From: Octopus bimaculoides
Lineage: Eukaryota
DNA length: 64,000 nt
Direction of reading: 5' to 3'
NCBI RefSeq assembly: GCF_001194135.2
Contig: NC_068981.1
Span: 128,673,422 to 128,737,421 of the forward strand
Below the pieces are notes generated by a model, which did not search any database, had not been told where the DNA came from, and worked only from the letters and a program-made list of their open reading frames with translations. The translations under genes were made by a program, and so were the position numbers. Each line of letters opens with the position of its first letter. Within the stretch, counting starts at the first letter, position 1. Shown piece after piece: positions 23,703 through 36,469 of this stretch.

Positions 23703-25227
23703 AGCTGTTCTTGGATGACATTTGTGTTGGTGTTCACCTTACATGTACCAAGCTACTATACTGACTAGTATAGCCACTACAAAGATATCAGAATTACACA
23801 ACAACAATGAAAACTTATACATATAATCACAACATAAATATGCAGTTATATAATTAAACTTTATCACCAATGCTATGTGAAACATATTAATTCTGAACCT
23901 ATTGTTGCAGCAATAAGCATCCAACTCACTCTCAGACATACACCAAGGTTGCAATGTAAACAAACATTATATTTCCAATTTTTCATACCCGTTTTCTTAT
24001 TTCTATAAATTTTCTTTGATTAAGAGTATGACCCAAAACTTTAGATCCTTTTTTTTTTTTTTTCATTTCCCATATTTATTTTCAATCTACACATTCTTTG
24101 ATTGTTATTGTCTCGTTTCATTTTTCTGCACTTCTTCCACCATGTGTTTTATTTGTCTAAATTCATATGTTGTTCATTTGTTTATCTCTTTACCTTATGA
24201 TATGCCTCATTTTACTTATGCATATTTTTATTGATATATTGAGTGTGTTTATACACAAATTTGTACACCTGGGACATTATAAGAAATCTTTATTGTAATT
24301 CAAAGGAGATAACTACATACTTTGTTGTGTGTATTAGTTCTTCTTCCTTCTAAATTCAAACTTTGCTGATTGTAATTTTGTCATTTATCCTTTTAAGATG
24401 AATGATACAATTATTACTTTCATGTTAGAGTTCAAAATTACTCCCCTACAAAATGATAATTTGTCTGTATATTCACTTATTTATAAATTCAAACATCACT
24501 TTTACTGCATAACTATTTAGCAATGATAAGTCAGCTTAAGAGAGGTTTTGACAAAATACATAGATCTCAGTGACAAAATTAATATATTAAACCAAAGAAT
24601 ACATGTCATATATTGAAAATATGGCTACAAGAATTCCTTCTTTTGTTAGAGCTAGTTACAGTCATAATGATGTTCATCTCATGCATTTATTTACTAAAAG
24701 AATTGTGAGTCAATGAAGAAGTTTGAATACAGTCATTCGACCTGTTAGAAATAGTAGTCAAATCTCATAAAACATATCTCACTTACTTAAAAAAAAGAAG
24801 GTCATATTGGATAATGTCTTGGGTGCACAATGTCTTAAAAAATGACAGGATGATCTCAGCCATAACGTGTTTGCTCATAGGCATCTTCAATCAGAGTTAC
24901 CTGGGATCACATAACTAAAACTGTAAATGAAAATAACAGTACCCTCTTTGAAGGCACAAAAGACCTAAGGGCATATTAGAAGCAACTTAATTTCATCAGT
25001 ACATATTTTAAAAAATGGATTTAGTGCATTAAAGTATGCAATATAGGCCCAACTTTTCATAAAGGACCCGGGATAATTTTGGTGGGCATTGTTTTGGAAA
25101 AAGTACATCATATATGCTATCAAATATGATATTTATCCATAAATAATATTGATAAATACTAGAAACTCTAGTTTTCTTTCAAATGTTTTGAATATTTTGT
25201 CACTCCATTCAATATTTCAAAACATAT

Positions 25228-25455
25228 TTAACCCTTTAGTATTTAAACTGGCCATGTACAGCCCAACTATTCTGTCTGTTTTATGTTCAAACTAGCCAGA
25301 TCTGGCCTCTCACATCTACCCTACACTGTCATTCTAAGAATAAACAACCACACCATTAAAATCTCAAAAAGCTATGACACAGTGCATGATTAATTGAAAA
25401 CAATGTGAATAAATAGGCATTACATTTGACAGTAATAGGAATGCTAAAGAATTAA
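25228..25455. mobile_element. piggyBac-type MITE family A
   Basis: TTAA-CCCTTTAGTATT ... AATGCTAAAGAA-TTAA. Confidence 0.72.
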
Positions 25456-26408
25456 TTGCATTGTTTATAAATAAAATTAATTTTCTTTATTGAAATGTTG
25501 AATTATTTTTCTAACACCTTTTGATTTATAGATCAAGGGAAGCAACTCTACCTATGGCTTTCTTATGCCAAAATGTAATTCGGAAAATATATACTGTATA
25601 AGCATATACTATAGTTCTTCATTCATGTGAGGATGCATCATCGGTGTTGTGCCGTGGTGACACTGGGTTCTCTGAGGTCTTAGAGCATACACCCTTATCT
25701 CTGGTGTAATATCGCTTAAATTTCTTGCATTTGCTTACAGTTCAAGGGAAGCAATTCTAGATATGGACGATTATTTAAAAATCGTTATTTCTTAATAACA
25801 TTTAAAAAATCGTTTTAATGATTTTTTAACTCTATATTATTTCTTTTATTTGAAGTAGAAAATAAGCCGAAAGATATTTACATAATGATATATATGTATA
25901 TATTATTATGTAAATATAAATTATATCGTCATCCTCACTTTACGTCTATTTTTCCAGTTGGATCTTCTCCACTGTAGTGTCTGGTCACTTGTTGCTGTCC
26001 TTTGTTATCTTTGTAAGGTTCAATTTTTGCAACGTTTATCCATGTTTTCTTCTTCTGCAGGTTCCTGAATATTATAAATTGATATGTGTGGTAATATATA
26101 TGAAGACTACCCTTCTTGCCAACCAGGCCATTATAGTTCTTGTGCATCTGTGGTTTACAATGGATATGCTGTATAAACACAAATTTCATTTGGTGTACCT
26201 ATTGTAAACTGGACGTACAAAATAAGTAGGGAAATCATAGGCAGGCTGAAAAGGAAGAGAGATTTGATAAATGGCAGGTGCAAGGGGTCAATTAGCTGTA
26301 ATAGAAAGCATGGAATAAATTACTTCAGATATCCAGAAGACTCCCTAGAAGTACTGATAGCTTCTGATGTTTTTATGAGGTGATTTAATTAGCAGAAAGT
26401 GGGTAGTT

Positions 26409-26648
26409 TAAGGTGGCAAGCTGGCAGAAACGTTAGCACGCCAGGTGAAATGCTTAGCGGTACTTCGTCTGTCTTTACGTTCTGAGTTCAAATTCCGATG
26501 AGGTCGACTATACCTTTCATCCTTTCAGGGTCGATTAAATAATTACCAGTTACGCACTGGGGTCAATGTAATCGACTCAATTCCTTTGTCTGTCCTTGTT
26601 TGCCCCCTTTATGTTTAGCCCCTTTTGGGCAATAAAGAAATAAGAAAG
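26409..26648 (+). mobile_element. tRNA-derived SINE
   Basis: aaggtggcaagctggcagaaacgttagc...gagttcaaattcc...ctttcatcctttcaggggtcgat-like core; near reverse complement of 40447-40679. Confidence 0.85.
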
Positions 26649-28387
26649 TGGGTATTTCAAAGGTCTAGTTGTTAGAATAAGAATGAGATGAAAAAGGTTC
26701 AAGATACTATTGCTTCTGTTAGCAACAAAAGGTTTTTCTCTCAAAGTGACAGGCATGATTCTGTATGGTACTGAGATGTGGCACTGAAAGTGGAGGAGGT
26801 GTGAAGGCTGGGACAAGAATACAAATGAGCTGAGATGAAAAACTGAGTGTTAGAGGAATCGGAAACACTACTAGAGAAAACTGAGCTGGTACAGACCTGA
26901 TGTGTATGGAAGATAGCGCAAAATAAGCACATGCTTAGTGCATCAAGGGAAGGTAGGGCACCACAGAAATGGTAAATGATTTATGGCATGAAAGAAATCA
27001 CTTTAAACTTGCTAAAATAATATTTGGAATATTAGCTCTACTAAGTATAAAAGCAGATGCGTTACATAAGATTCATTTGAGGCTCTGATCAAAGACTTGG
27101 CAATTAAAAAAGTAGGAGGAAACTTTTCAGGTGCAGACCAAATATTCTATCTGTTTTGTAGTCGAACCAGCCAGAACTGGCCTCTCACATCTATCCCTCA
27201 GTATCATTCTAAGAATAAATAATCACAGCATTAAACCTGGCCTTGTGCCAAAATTTGAAACCAATATTATAAGTAGGCAAAGCAAAACTTATGTTTTATA
27301 AAATATATAATGTATACTTATCTGAGAATTTATTGGTGTCAAGTTTACATTCCCTGTAAGCAATACATTCCATAGCTCTACATTTATAAAGACCAGTAAA
27401 ATAAAAAAATAAACATTTGTTATTTGAAAAACAGGTAAGGTTTGGGTGACAAGAAGGGCCTCAATGCATCTTCATTGAATCCATGCCAGCATGGAAACGT
27501 GAATGAAAATGAGCAAACAAACTGTGTGTCTTTGTTCTATGAAAGAACTAATTGGTCATTTCTCAGTTTGGAGAATCTCATTACCTCTTTTCAAGAAAGC
27601 TGTGCTCATCTGACAGGAAGTGTTTAGGTTGCACTTGGATGATGCCCTTGTGTGGAAGGTTTGGAGGTGTTAATGGAGACATCATCTATACAATTCTTTC
27701 TACAATGAACAGAAGGCCTTAAATTTTAGGAGAGCAGGCCAACGAATTACATCAAACCCAGTGCTCAACTGGTACTTGTTTTATCAATCCCAAAACAATG
27801 AAAAGCAGAGTCGACTTTTGCAGAATTTGAACTCAGAATGTAAAGCAAGGAGAAATGCAGCAAAGCCTTTTGTCTGGCATGCTAACAGTTTTACTTGCTT
27901 GCCATCTTAGCATCATTTGTATTATAATATATCTTATTAGATGTGCAAGCAAGAAGGTTGTTAATTTACCAATTCAAGAGTGTAGTATGTTACCCAAGTG
28001 TTGATAGAGTATAAACTGGAAAAAGTACAAACAACATGTGCTGCAATAGTGTGATCCGACAAGAGGCTACTATTCCAAGAGCTGAATGATGGATGGCACC
28101 AATATGCTGTCAACTTAAGAAAGTGTTGCAGAGAATTCAGAATGGTAGAAAATTTTATTCCATGTCAGCAACATATATATGTATTTATATTTAAGACAAG
28201 GGGATAAAATTCATGAAGAGTTGTGTTGAAGTCATTGAAGATATTAACTTATATGTGTGTGAGAGAGAGAGGTGGGTTTAAACTTTAAATCTTAAACGTT
28301 AACTATATTAGGTGTTTTAACGGTATTCCAGTTCCACATAATATACTGTAGAATGTGAAATATGATGATGTTAATATAAGTAGGCAA

Positions 28388-28810
28388 AGGCAGTGAGCTG
28401 GCAGAATCATTAGCACACTGGGTGAAATGCTTAGTGGCATTTCATCTTTCTTTACATTGTGAGTTCAAATTTCACCGATGTTTACTTTGCCTTTCATCCT
28501 TTCAGAGTTGATAAAATAAGTAGCAGTTGAGCACTGGAGATCAATGTAATCAACTTAGCCCCTCCCCTGAAACTGCCGGCCTTGTGCTAAATTTTGAAAC
28601 CAATATTATAAGGTGGCAAGCTGGCAGAATCATTAGCATGCCAAGTAAAATCCTTAGTGGCATTTCCTCCATCTTTATGTTATGAGTTCAAACTCCACCA
28701 GTGTTGGCTTTGCCTTTCAGGGTTGAAAGTTGAACACTGGGGTTCATTTAAGCAAATTAGTCCCTCCCCTAAACCTTCTGGCCTTGTGCCAAAATTTGAA
28801 ACCAATATTA
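28388..28810 (+). mobile_element. Tandem dimer of tRNA-derived SINEs with TSD tataagtaggcaaag
   Basis: Two consecutive copies (28388-28610, 28611-28810); the duplicated flank occurs before and after. Confidence 0.75.
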
Positions 28811-29339
28811 TAAGTAGGCAAAGTAAAACTTATGTTTTATAAAATATATAATGTATGCTTATCTGAAAATTTATTGTTTACAAAGCATGAAAATAGATTT
28901 AGGACAGACTGTTATCTATTTCAGATAACATGTAGTGTTAAAATAAAAAATAAATAATATGTTCTAAGCTGATGAGATACTGTTGTTTTACCATTCAACC
29001 ACATATAGCAGTGGTACTACCTGTTATACATAATTTTTCAAACATGTCTATTGCCACCAAAATAACACATTGTGTAATGTTGTACTCAATATACTGTATC
29101 TGAAGGAACATTTTCATCATTGGCTTGCTGAATTTAGGGTTAAACAATAACAATTGCAGACACTTCTACCTATCTTCATGCAAACACTTCTATATCCAGC
29201 TATCCATCCATCCATTCATCTGCACAAGTCTCTCTCTCTTTCTCCCTCTCTCTCTCTCCCTTTCTCTTTCCCTTGTATCAAGTGAATTCCTTTATTCTAA
29301 ACTGAGGTTCAATGTAACACTCTAACCTCCTTGCTGTAG

Positions 29340-30170
29340 TGGTGGGGCAGCCCTATTAAAGATCTCTCAATTGGCCGAGAGATTAGATAGTCATTTGCTA
29401 ATGCTTGAAATCAAGTTTCTAATTACAGTGGGGTGATGGTTTGAGCTCTTGTGGATGTATACTGTTTCCTCATTAGGCTTCCTGTACAAATAATACTTGC
29501 CCGTATTCAGGTCTAAGGTTACGTCCAAGAAATCGACCACAGTCAGATTGGTCACTGTTATGGACAAGCTGAATTCCTTGGATATTTTTATCAAGTCCTT
29601 CCTAAACTTGTCCATGGCATGGCCATTCATATGGCTTGAGATAGCCAGTCTCTCGTCCCTATAGAGGGCCAACCTATGTGGGTGAGTACATCTCTTGAGG
29701 GTATCCAAGATGTATAACCCAACAAAGTTAGTGATTTCAGCCCCGTCAAAGCTCCCCATAGAGACATCAAACAATGGATCACCTTTCTTCACCCAGAAGG
29801 AATCATCATGGACCAGAATTGATTTTCTGGCCTTCATGATAATCCTGATATCAAGATCACTAATGCTGGTGTATTGCTCAGCAAAAGTTAGGGCCTTCAG
29901 AAGGAGGGGCTTAGATATGGAAGGGTGGAAGTCAACAATGTCAAACCAGATGAATCTCCAGGCTGATTTATTCTCGATACCATGGAACCAATTGATCACG
30001 GCTGCACTGGAGTGCCATTGAGTCAACCCTGTAGCCCTTCTGATAATTGGAGTTGACAGTATTGAGAATACATTTGCTAATGATACCCATTTCACTTTTA
30101 GAGGGGTTGATCAGCCTGCATTTGGGATGGGAGAGGAAGTTGAGATTATAGTCCTTAAGTGTAATATATG
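29340..30170 (-). mobile_element. Penelope-like (Naiad-type) reverse transcriptase fragment, decayed
   Basis: ITLKD..NF..HPKCRLINPSKSEMG; FIWFDIVDFHPSISK; RKS; FDVSMGSFDGAE; LYRDE (YRDD mutated); DFLDVTLDL; YIHKSSNH. Confidence 0.82.
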
Positions 30171-30223
30171 TATATATGTATATATATATATATATCATGG
30201 TCCTTAAGTGTAATATATATATA

Positions 30224-31488
30224 TGTAGTGAAACTACCTATCGCCATTAGATACAAAACTGCTATCGCCATTCTTCTCATTTAAATATAAACAAACGCGA
30301 ACGTAGGGGAAAACATTAACCTTGTCATCACGTGACTGATCATTATTCGAATCGGCAACTTCTTCGAACCTTTCCCGCCAGAACGCAAACTGACCAATCA
30401 CGGCCCCTAATAAGGTCACATGATAGAGTAAAATTCTGAAGCCATTTGGAGCCCTCTTAACGCTATAAATAGATCAACTCATACCCCACAAATTTGTCTC
30501 GGTCCAGTTTCTCTTTGAGAACTGTTCCGTGTACCACACGACAGCAGCAGCAGTTCCAACAACCACTTCAACAGCTTCGTCCAGCCAACGATGACCACCG
30601 CCGTCGCCATATCNNNNNNNNNNNNNNNNNNNNNNNNNNNNNNNNNNNNNNNNNNNNNNNNNNNNNNNNNNNNNNNNNNNNNNNNNNNNNNNNNNNNNNN
30701 NNNNNNNNNNNNNNNNNNNNNNNNNNNNNNNNNNNNNNNNNNNNNNNNNNNNNNNNNNNNNNNNNNNNNNNNNNNNNNNNNNNNNNNNNNNNNNNNNNNN
30801 NNNNNNNNNNNNNNNNNNNNNNNNNNNNNNNNNNNNNNNNNNNNNNNNNNNNNNNNNNNNNNNNNNNNNNNNNNNNNNNNNNNNNNNNNNNNNNNNNNNN
30901 NNNNNNNNNNNNNNNNNNNNNNNNNNNNNNNNNNNNNNNNNNNNNNNNNNNNNNNNNNNNNNNNNNNNNNNNNNNNNNNNNNNNNNNNNNNNNNNNNNNN
31001 NNNNNNNNNNNNNNNNNNNNNNNNNNNNNNNNNNNNNNNNNNNNNNNNNNNNNNNNNNNNNNNNNNNNNNNNNNNNNNNNNNNNNNNNNNNNNNNNNNNN
31101 NNNNNNNNNNNNNNNNNNNNNNNNNNNGTCATTTACTGACTCTCTTTCTATTTGCTGTAATATTTCACATACACATACATGTATCACTCACATAAATACT
31201 TTTCTTTGTACGACGGCCTGTCTTTGATTATGTTATTATATGTCGCATTCACACTCACACATAGACATTCATCTTTAACGCTACAATAAATATCTCTGTT
31301 ATTCATCTAATACGGTTGTGGTCTTTCATTACTGGTCATCTATGTTATCGTCGCATAACATATTAGTATATCATCATCGATATATAATTGTGTGTTCGAC
31401 CGTGTGACACGTGTAAATAAAAGGAGTCCTCTGTTTTTCCATTCGTCACCATTTCTCCTTTTTTGAGTTCGCACGATCGTTCCTTACA
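30224..31488 (+). mobile_element. Putative solo LTR inserted in a TA run
   Basis: TGTAGT...CCTTACA termini flanked by tata; CpG-rich; CCAAT (tgaccaatca), TATA (ctataaatag), AATAAA; internal 514-N gap. Confidence 0.6.
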
Positions 31489-31885
31489 TATATATATCAT
31501 GAACTCTCCCATCGTTAGACAATGTATGAGGGTTGGCAATTTCTTACCAAACAACCACACAGGTGATTTGTTTATAGTAATCAAATGTTTGTGTACACAT
31601 AAGCTCACTCCCTCCATTGAATCTACATTACCTGTACAGGTGCACCATGTGCCACACGTCAGATGATGAAATGATTGTAGAGCAACATGAAATGAAGTGC
31701 TTTGCTCAAGAACATAACGCAATGCTCAGTCTGGGAATTAAACCCATGATCTCGCAATTATGAGTGTAACACCCTAACCACTATGCGCCATGTGCCTATA
31801 CATACATATATATATAAAAATTGGAGGGGAGAAAGAATATTGGCTCTAGGACTAATAGTGTTTTAATCATTTCAGTAACCCAACA

Positions 31886-32200
31886 TTGTGTAGCTCAGAG
31901 ATCAGGGAGTCTCTCTACATTGAGCCACTATTTCCCCACATTGAGAGGTCACAGTTTCAGTACTATGAACATGTGATTAGGGTGTCACAAGAAAGAATTA
32001 TAAGATGGATTCTCCAAGCCAAGCCAACTGGTAGGAGACCTAAGGGCAGACCAAAACTGAGATGTTAGATAGTATCCATAGTCTCAGTTGGTCATGCTAG
32101 AGAGTTCAGTCAGAAAGTGTAATGACAGTTGCTTTTGAGAGGACCCTATGAAGGAGGCACTTGAAGACCCTACCTCCATGACCCTCCCAGGAATAGCAGG
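31886..32200 (+). mobile_element. RTE-like LINE C-terminal fragment
   Basis: IERSQFQYYEHVIRVSQERI...AKPTGRRPKGRPKLR(W). Confidence 0.65.
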
Positions 32201-33280
32201 CAGAGAAAATGAATGGATTTCAGCAAGAATAGGAGACCACTATCAACATGTTTTAGTCTTATTGGAACTTATCAATGAAGCACAAACTTCACTTATTGGT
32301 GAAGTTTATGCTTCATTAGTAACAAAGGAAGCATTAAATAGTATTACAGCACTGCAACCTGAGTAGGCATTGAAAATTGTATGGTAAATGCTAGTCTTTG
32401 TTGAGAAGTTCTGATAAGACTGAAACATGTCCAAAATTTTCTGTCTTATTTGCAATGATTAAAATATTAGTCTTTCAGTTATGTTCCCCTCCTCTCATTA
32501 GTATTTTTAACTAGATTCTTCATCAATATTAATTATGTTCACCACTAATTAATGTTGGTTTTCAGGCAAATAGTGTCGCTGAATAATTAACTTCAGTATT
32601 TTGCTTTCCTAAATAGATATATACGGGTCGTTGATGTCAACCTTACAGAATAGACAACAATGATCATTTGAGTAGTTTGTTGGTAAACAAGGACTTCATA
32701 TATCATTACATAGAGGAAGAGATATTACAAACAAGTACATAACCTTTATATAAATGCAATCTAAAGATATCAACTTAACACAAACAACAGATATACAGAC
32801 AATTGTTATTAATAAGATAAAAGCAATCTAAAAGTGTCTAGTTGGTGGAGACAGTCTATAAATGTTAATTTTATTTTTTTCTCATGACAGTTTAACAATT
32901 TTCTGGTCATTTACCTCTAAGTCTTAGTTTATGCAACCCAGGGTGGAGCATTGCCAAGAAAAACATGGCTCAACTAGAAACCCTATACATTGCACTCCAA
33001 TGACTGATGGTTTATTTCTTTTTAACACTGGCATCTAAAATTACATATACTTAAATATACCAAGTGTGCAACAATGTTTTTGACAAAGATGAAATAGAAT
33101 CTTGTTACATTTTTACCTTTCGCAAAAGCATTAGTGATGCAAAATGAAATCGTTCTAAGTAACAAAACAAAATTACAGACTGTTTCTCCAGAGACAGATA
33201 GTAGTCACTAAAAAAAAATTCAATATTTAATTAGTATAAAATACAAAATTAGTCATCCTAGTCTAATAGAATGATATGTT

Positions 33281-33958
33281 TTAACCCTTTTGTTACCACA
33301 TATATAGGCGCAGGAGTGGCTATATAGGTGCAGGAGTGGCCATATAGGCGCAGGAGTGGCTGTGTGGTAAGTAGCTTGCTTACCAACCACATGGTTCCAG
33401 GTTCAGTCCCACTGCGTGGCACCTTGGGCAAGTGTCTTCTACTATAGCCTCGGGCCAACCAAAGCCTTGTGAGTGGATTTGGTAGATGGAAACTGAAAGA
33501 AGCCCGTCATATACATGTATATATATATATGTGTGTGTGTGTGTGTTTGTGTGTCTGTGTTTGTCCCGCCAACATCGCTTGACAACCGATGCTGGTGTGT
33601 TTACGTCCCCGTAACTTAGTGGTTCGGCAAAAGAGACCGATAGAATAAGTACTAGGCTTATAAAGAATAAGCCCTGGGGTCGATTTGCTCGACTAAAGGC
33701 AGTGCTCCAGCATGGCTGCAGTCAAATGACTGAAACAAGTAAAAGAGTACATTTCTAATGAAATACATCACCTTTGTTTCAATTAATTTAAAATATAATG
33801 CAGAATTTGGTAAAATAACTTTGTCATGATAAGGCTGGTTTTGGCGACATGAATTAGCATGAAATTTTGATGTAGGGTTTTAGTTTAGATCAATTTAAAG
33901 CAAAATCTGTATCACAGAACTAGGGAGATCTTGGACAGACTAGTATCAAAAGAGTTAA
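33281..33958. mobile_element. piggyBac-type MITE family B interrupted by a CORE-type SINE (33301-33750)
   Basis: TTAA-CCCTTTTGTTAC ... GTATCAAAAGAG-TTAA; SINE with A/B boxes and caccttgggcaagtg core. Confidence 0.7.
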
Positions 33959-34918
33959 ACTAATTTTATTTCTAAACTGAGTATTGTAGTGCAAAAAACA
34001 AGCTTTCAGATAGATAAATCATCAATTCAATTCATCATTGAACTTCAGAGATGTAGCAAAAGAAAAAATTTCTTTGGCAATAAACATTACTAAATCCCAC
34101 TTGTCTCTTAATTCATCCAAAACATTGTAGCTTATCAAAAGACATGAAAATACATTCCAGTAAAATAAGAACATTTTTATTATTCACAAATATGGCAGTG
34201 TCATATATGTAATGCAGTGAAATCATCCAAGCGATTTGTAGAGAAAAGAAACTACCTCTAGAGATATTTAATATGTATAAACAACAAGCAAGGTTTATAA
34301 CTCAAATAAAATCAGTTGACTGGAATTTTTTGACAATATGGAAACAACAAAGTGGAGTGGATTTGATCCATAAAGCTAACAGTGAAAGCAATAGAACATA
34401 GCTTCGTCTTATTAAATCATCTCAGCAATGCATATTCCTATTCAGTTGGCATGAATTTTAGAATGATCACTACGCACACACGCACACATATATAAAATTT
34501 CATTTGGGTAATAAACCCTGGAGTTTACACTATTAAGTTCATTCATGGGCCCAACCTATCAGGCAGATAATATTCCATAGATGGTTTATTTTATCAAATA
34601 CATACCTGAAAATCTACAAATATCTGAGGAGTTTCTGCAATTATAACCAATGCGAATGGAGTGAACAAGTCCTTTTTATTACATTGATTCATAATTGTTT
34701 CATTGGAAATTGATCACATGAGTATTGCTATATAATGCAATATCATATGCAAACATTGATTCATAAGGCATCACTGATACAAATCAAAATTCAGCACTTT
34801 GGATTCATACTGACAGCCTTTCAGTTTGTGTCAATGGCACCTCATGAAGCAAGAACTTCATATATTATTACATAATATAGTAATATTCGTTGGACCAATT
34901 TCCAATGAAACAATTGTA

Positions 34919-36469
34919 CAAGTCAGCTGAAAGTTCATGGGTTGACTAAGATACTTTCATGGAGTGCGCAGGAGTGGCTGTGTGCTAAGAAGCTTGCTTC
35001 CCAACCACATAGTTCTGGGTTCAGTCCCACTATGTGGCATCTTGGGCAAGTGTCTTCTACTATAGCCTTGGGCCAACCAAAGCCTTATGAGTGGATTTGG
35101 TAGATGGAAACTGAAAGAAGCCCGTCGCAGATATGTATATATATATATATGTGTATATATTTGTGTGTGTGTCTGTGTTTGTCCCCCCACCATCGCTTAA
35201 CAACCGATGTTGGTGTGTTTATGTCCCCGTAACTTAGCAGTTTGGCAAAAGAGACCAATAGAATCAGTACAAAGAATAAGTCTTGGGGTCAATTTGTACA
35301 ACTAAAGGCAGTGCTCCAGCATGGCCACAGTCAAGTAAAAGAACAAAAGAATAAATGAGATTTGTTTTTCAGTTTAGTCCCCCTTGCATTCCACACACTT
35401 CTTCCATCAGTGTTTTAGTGCTTGGATCCCATTGGTGAAGAAGTTTTCGTCCTGTTGGTCATAGAAGTCATCATCAACAGTCAATATGATGTCACCATCA
35501 CTGTGATACTAGTTCCCAGTCAAGTGTTTTCATGTTGGTCAGATGGGGCCAAATCAGGAGGATAGGAAGAGCAATCAACCAGTTCAATGTCGGTCATGCA
35601 CTGCAGCCTTTGAAACCAAGGACGATTTTCATCAATTTTCCTGGGAATCTGGTTTTGATAACCTTTCATATCTGCCTCAGCAAGTTGGTATAGTACTCTC
35701 CATTGATAGCGTGACTCTTTTGAAGATAGTCAATGTTTTTTGCATCCCAAAACACTAAAGCCATCAGCTTCCGTGCAGATGAAACAACCTTGGCCTTCTT
35801 TGGAGCAGGTGAGAATGGGTGTTTCCACTGCATGGATTGTCTCTTTGTCCCTGACTCAAAGTGATGAACCCAACACTCATCCTGGGTTAGGAAACATTGA
35901 AGGAAGCCAGCTGGATCTGTTTCAAACAATGTCAGATTTTCCCATGATGTGATCAGCCTGATGCAGTTTAGATCAGGTGTCAAATGTTATGGCATCTAAC
36001 GAGCAGAAACCTTTGTCTTGCCAAGTTCATCATGCAAAATATTCTCAACTCTCTCACAGACTTGTAATTGCCTGCCATCCATCACCATGTGATGAACGCG
36101 ATCAATATTTTCTTCGGTGGTGGCAGTTGCAGGATGTCCAGACTTTGGGTCATCTTCAAGCCTCTCCTTTCCCATCCTAAATTCAGCTGCCCACTTTTGC
36201 ACAGTTGACAAAGCAACCATACCAGCATGAATATCTTTGGAGGTCTAAACTCTTTTTCTGCAAATACTTGATAATATTATGATGCCAAATTTTGTCCATT
36301 TTCAAGAGAAGTTACTACTAGTTACTTTTGAAGTGCTCTTTGAACAATCAGATGGCATTCTAACTGGAATGCAGGTATAAATAGGAAGTGTTGAAATTAA
36401 TGCATGCAAGATTTCACAGCTCCAGCATCAATCTTACATAGTCAGACTATGAACTTTTCAGCCCACTTG
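34919..36469 (-). mobile_element. Decayed mariner with TIRs, interrupted by a CORE-type SINE (34963-35352)
   Basis: TIRs caagtcagctgaaagttcatgggttgacta / tagtcagactatgaacttttcagcccacttg; TVQKWAAEFRMGKERLEDD, LTQDECWVHHFE..TKRQSMQW, KLMALVFWDA, INGEYY. Confidence 0.88.

Noticed and set aside
25500-26210. Repeated ag|nTCAAGGGAAGCAA acceptor-like segments and an 84-aa minus ORF faintly like a gypsy integrase C-terminus
   Set aside because: No consistent spliced ORF could be built and similarity is too weak to call.
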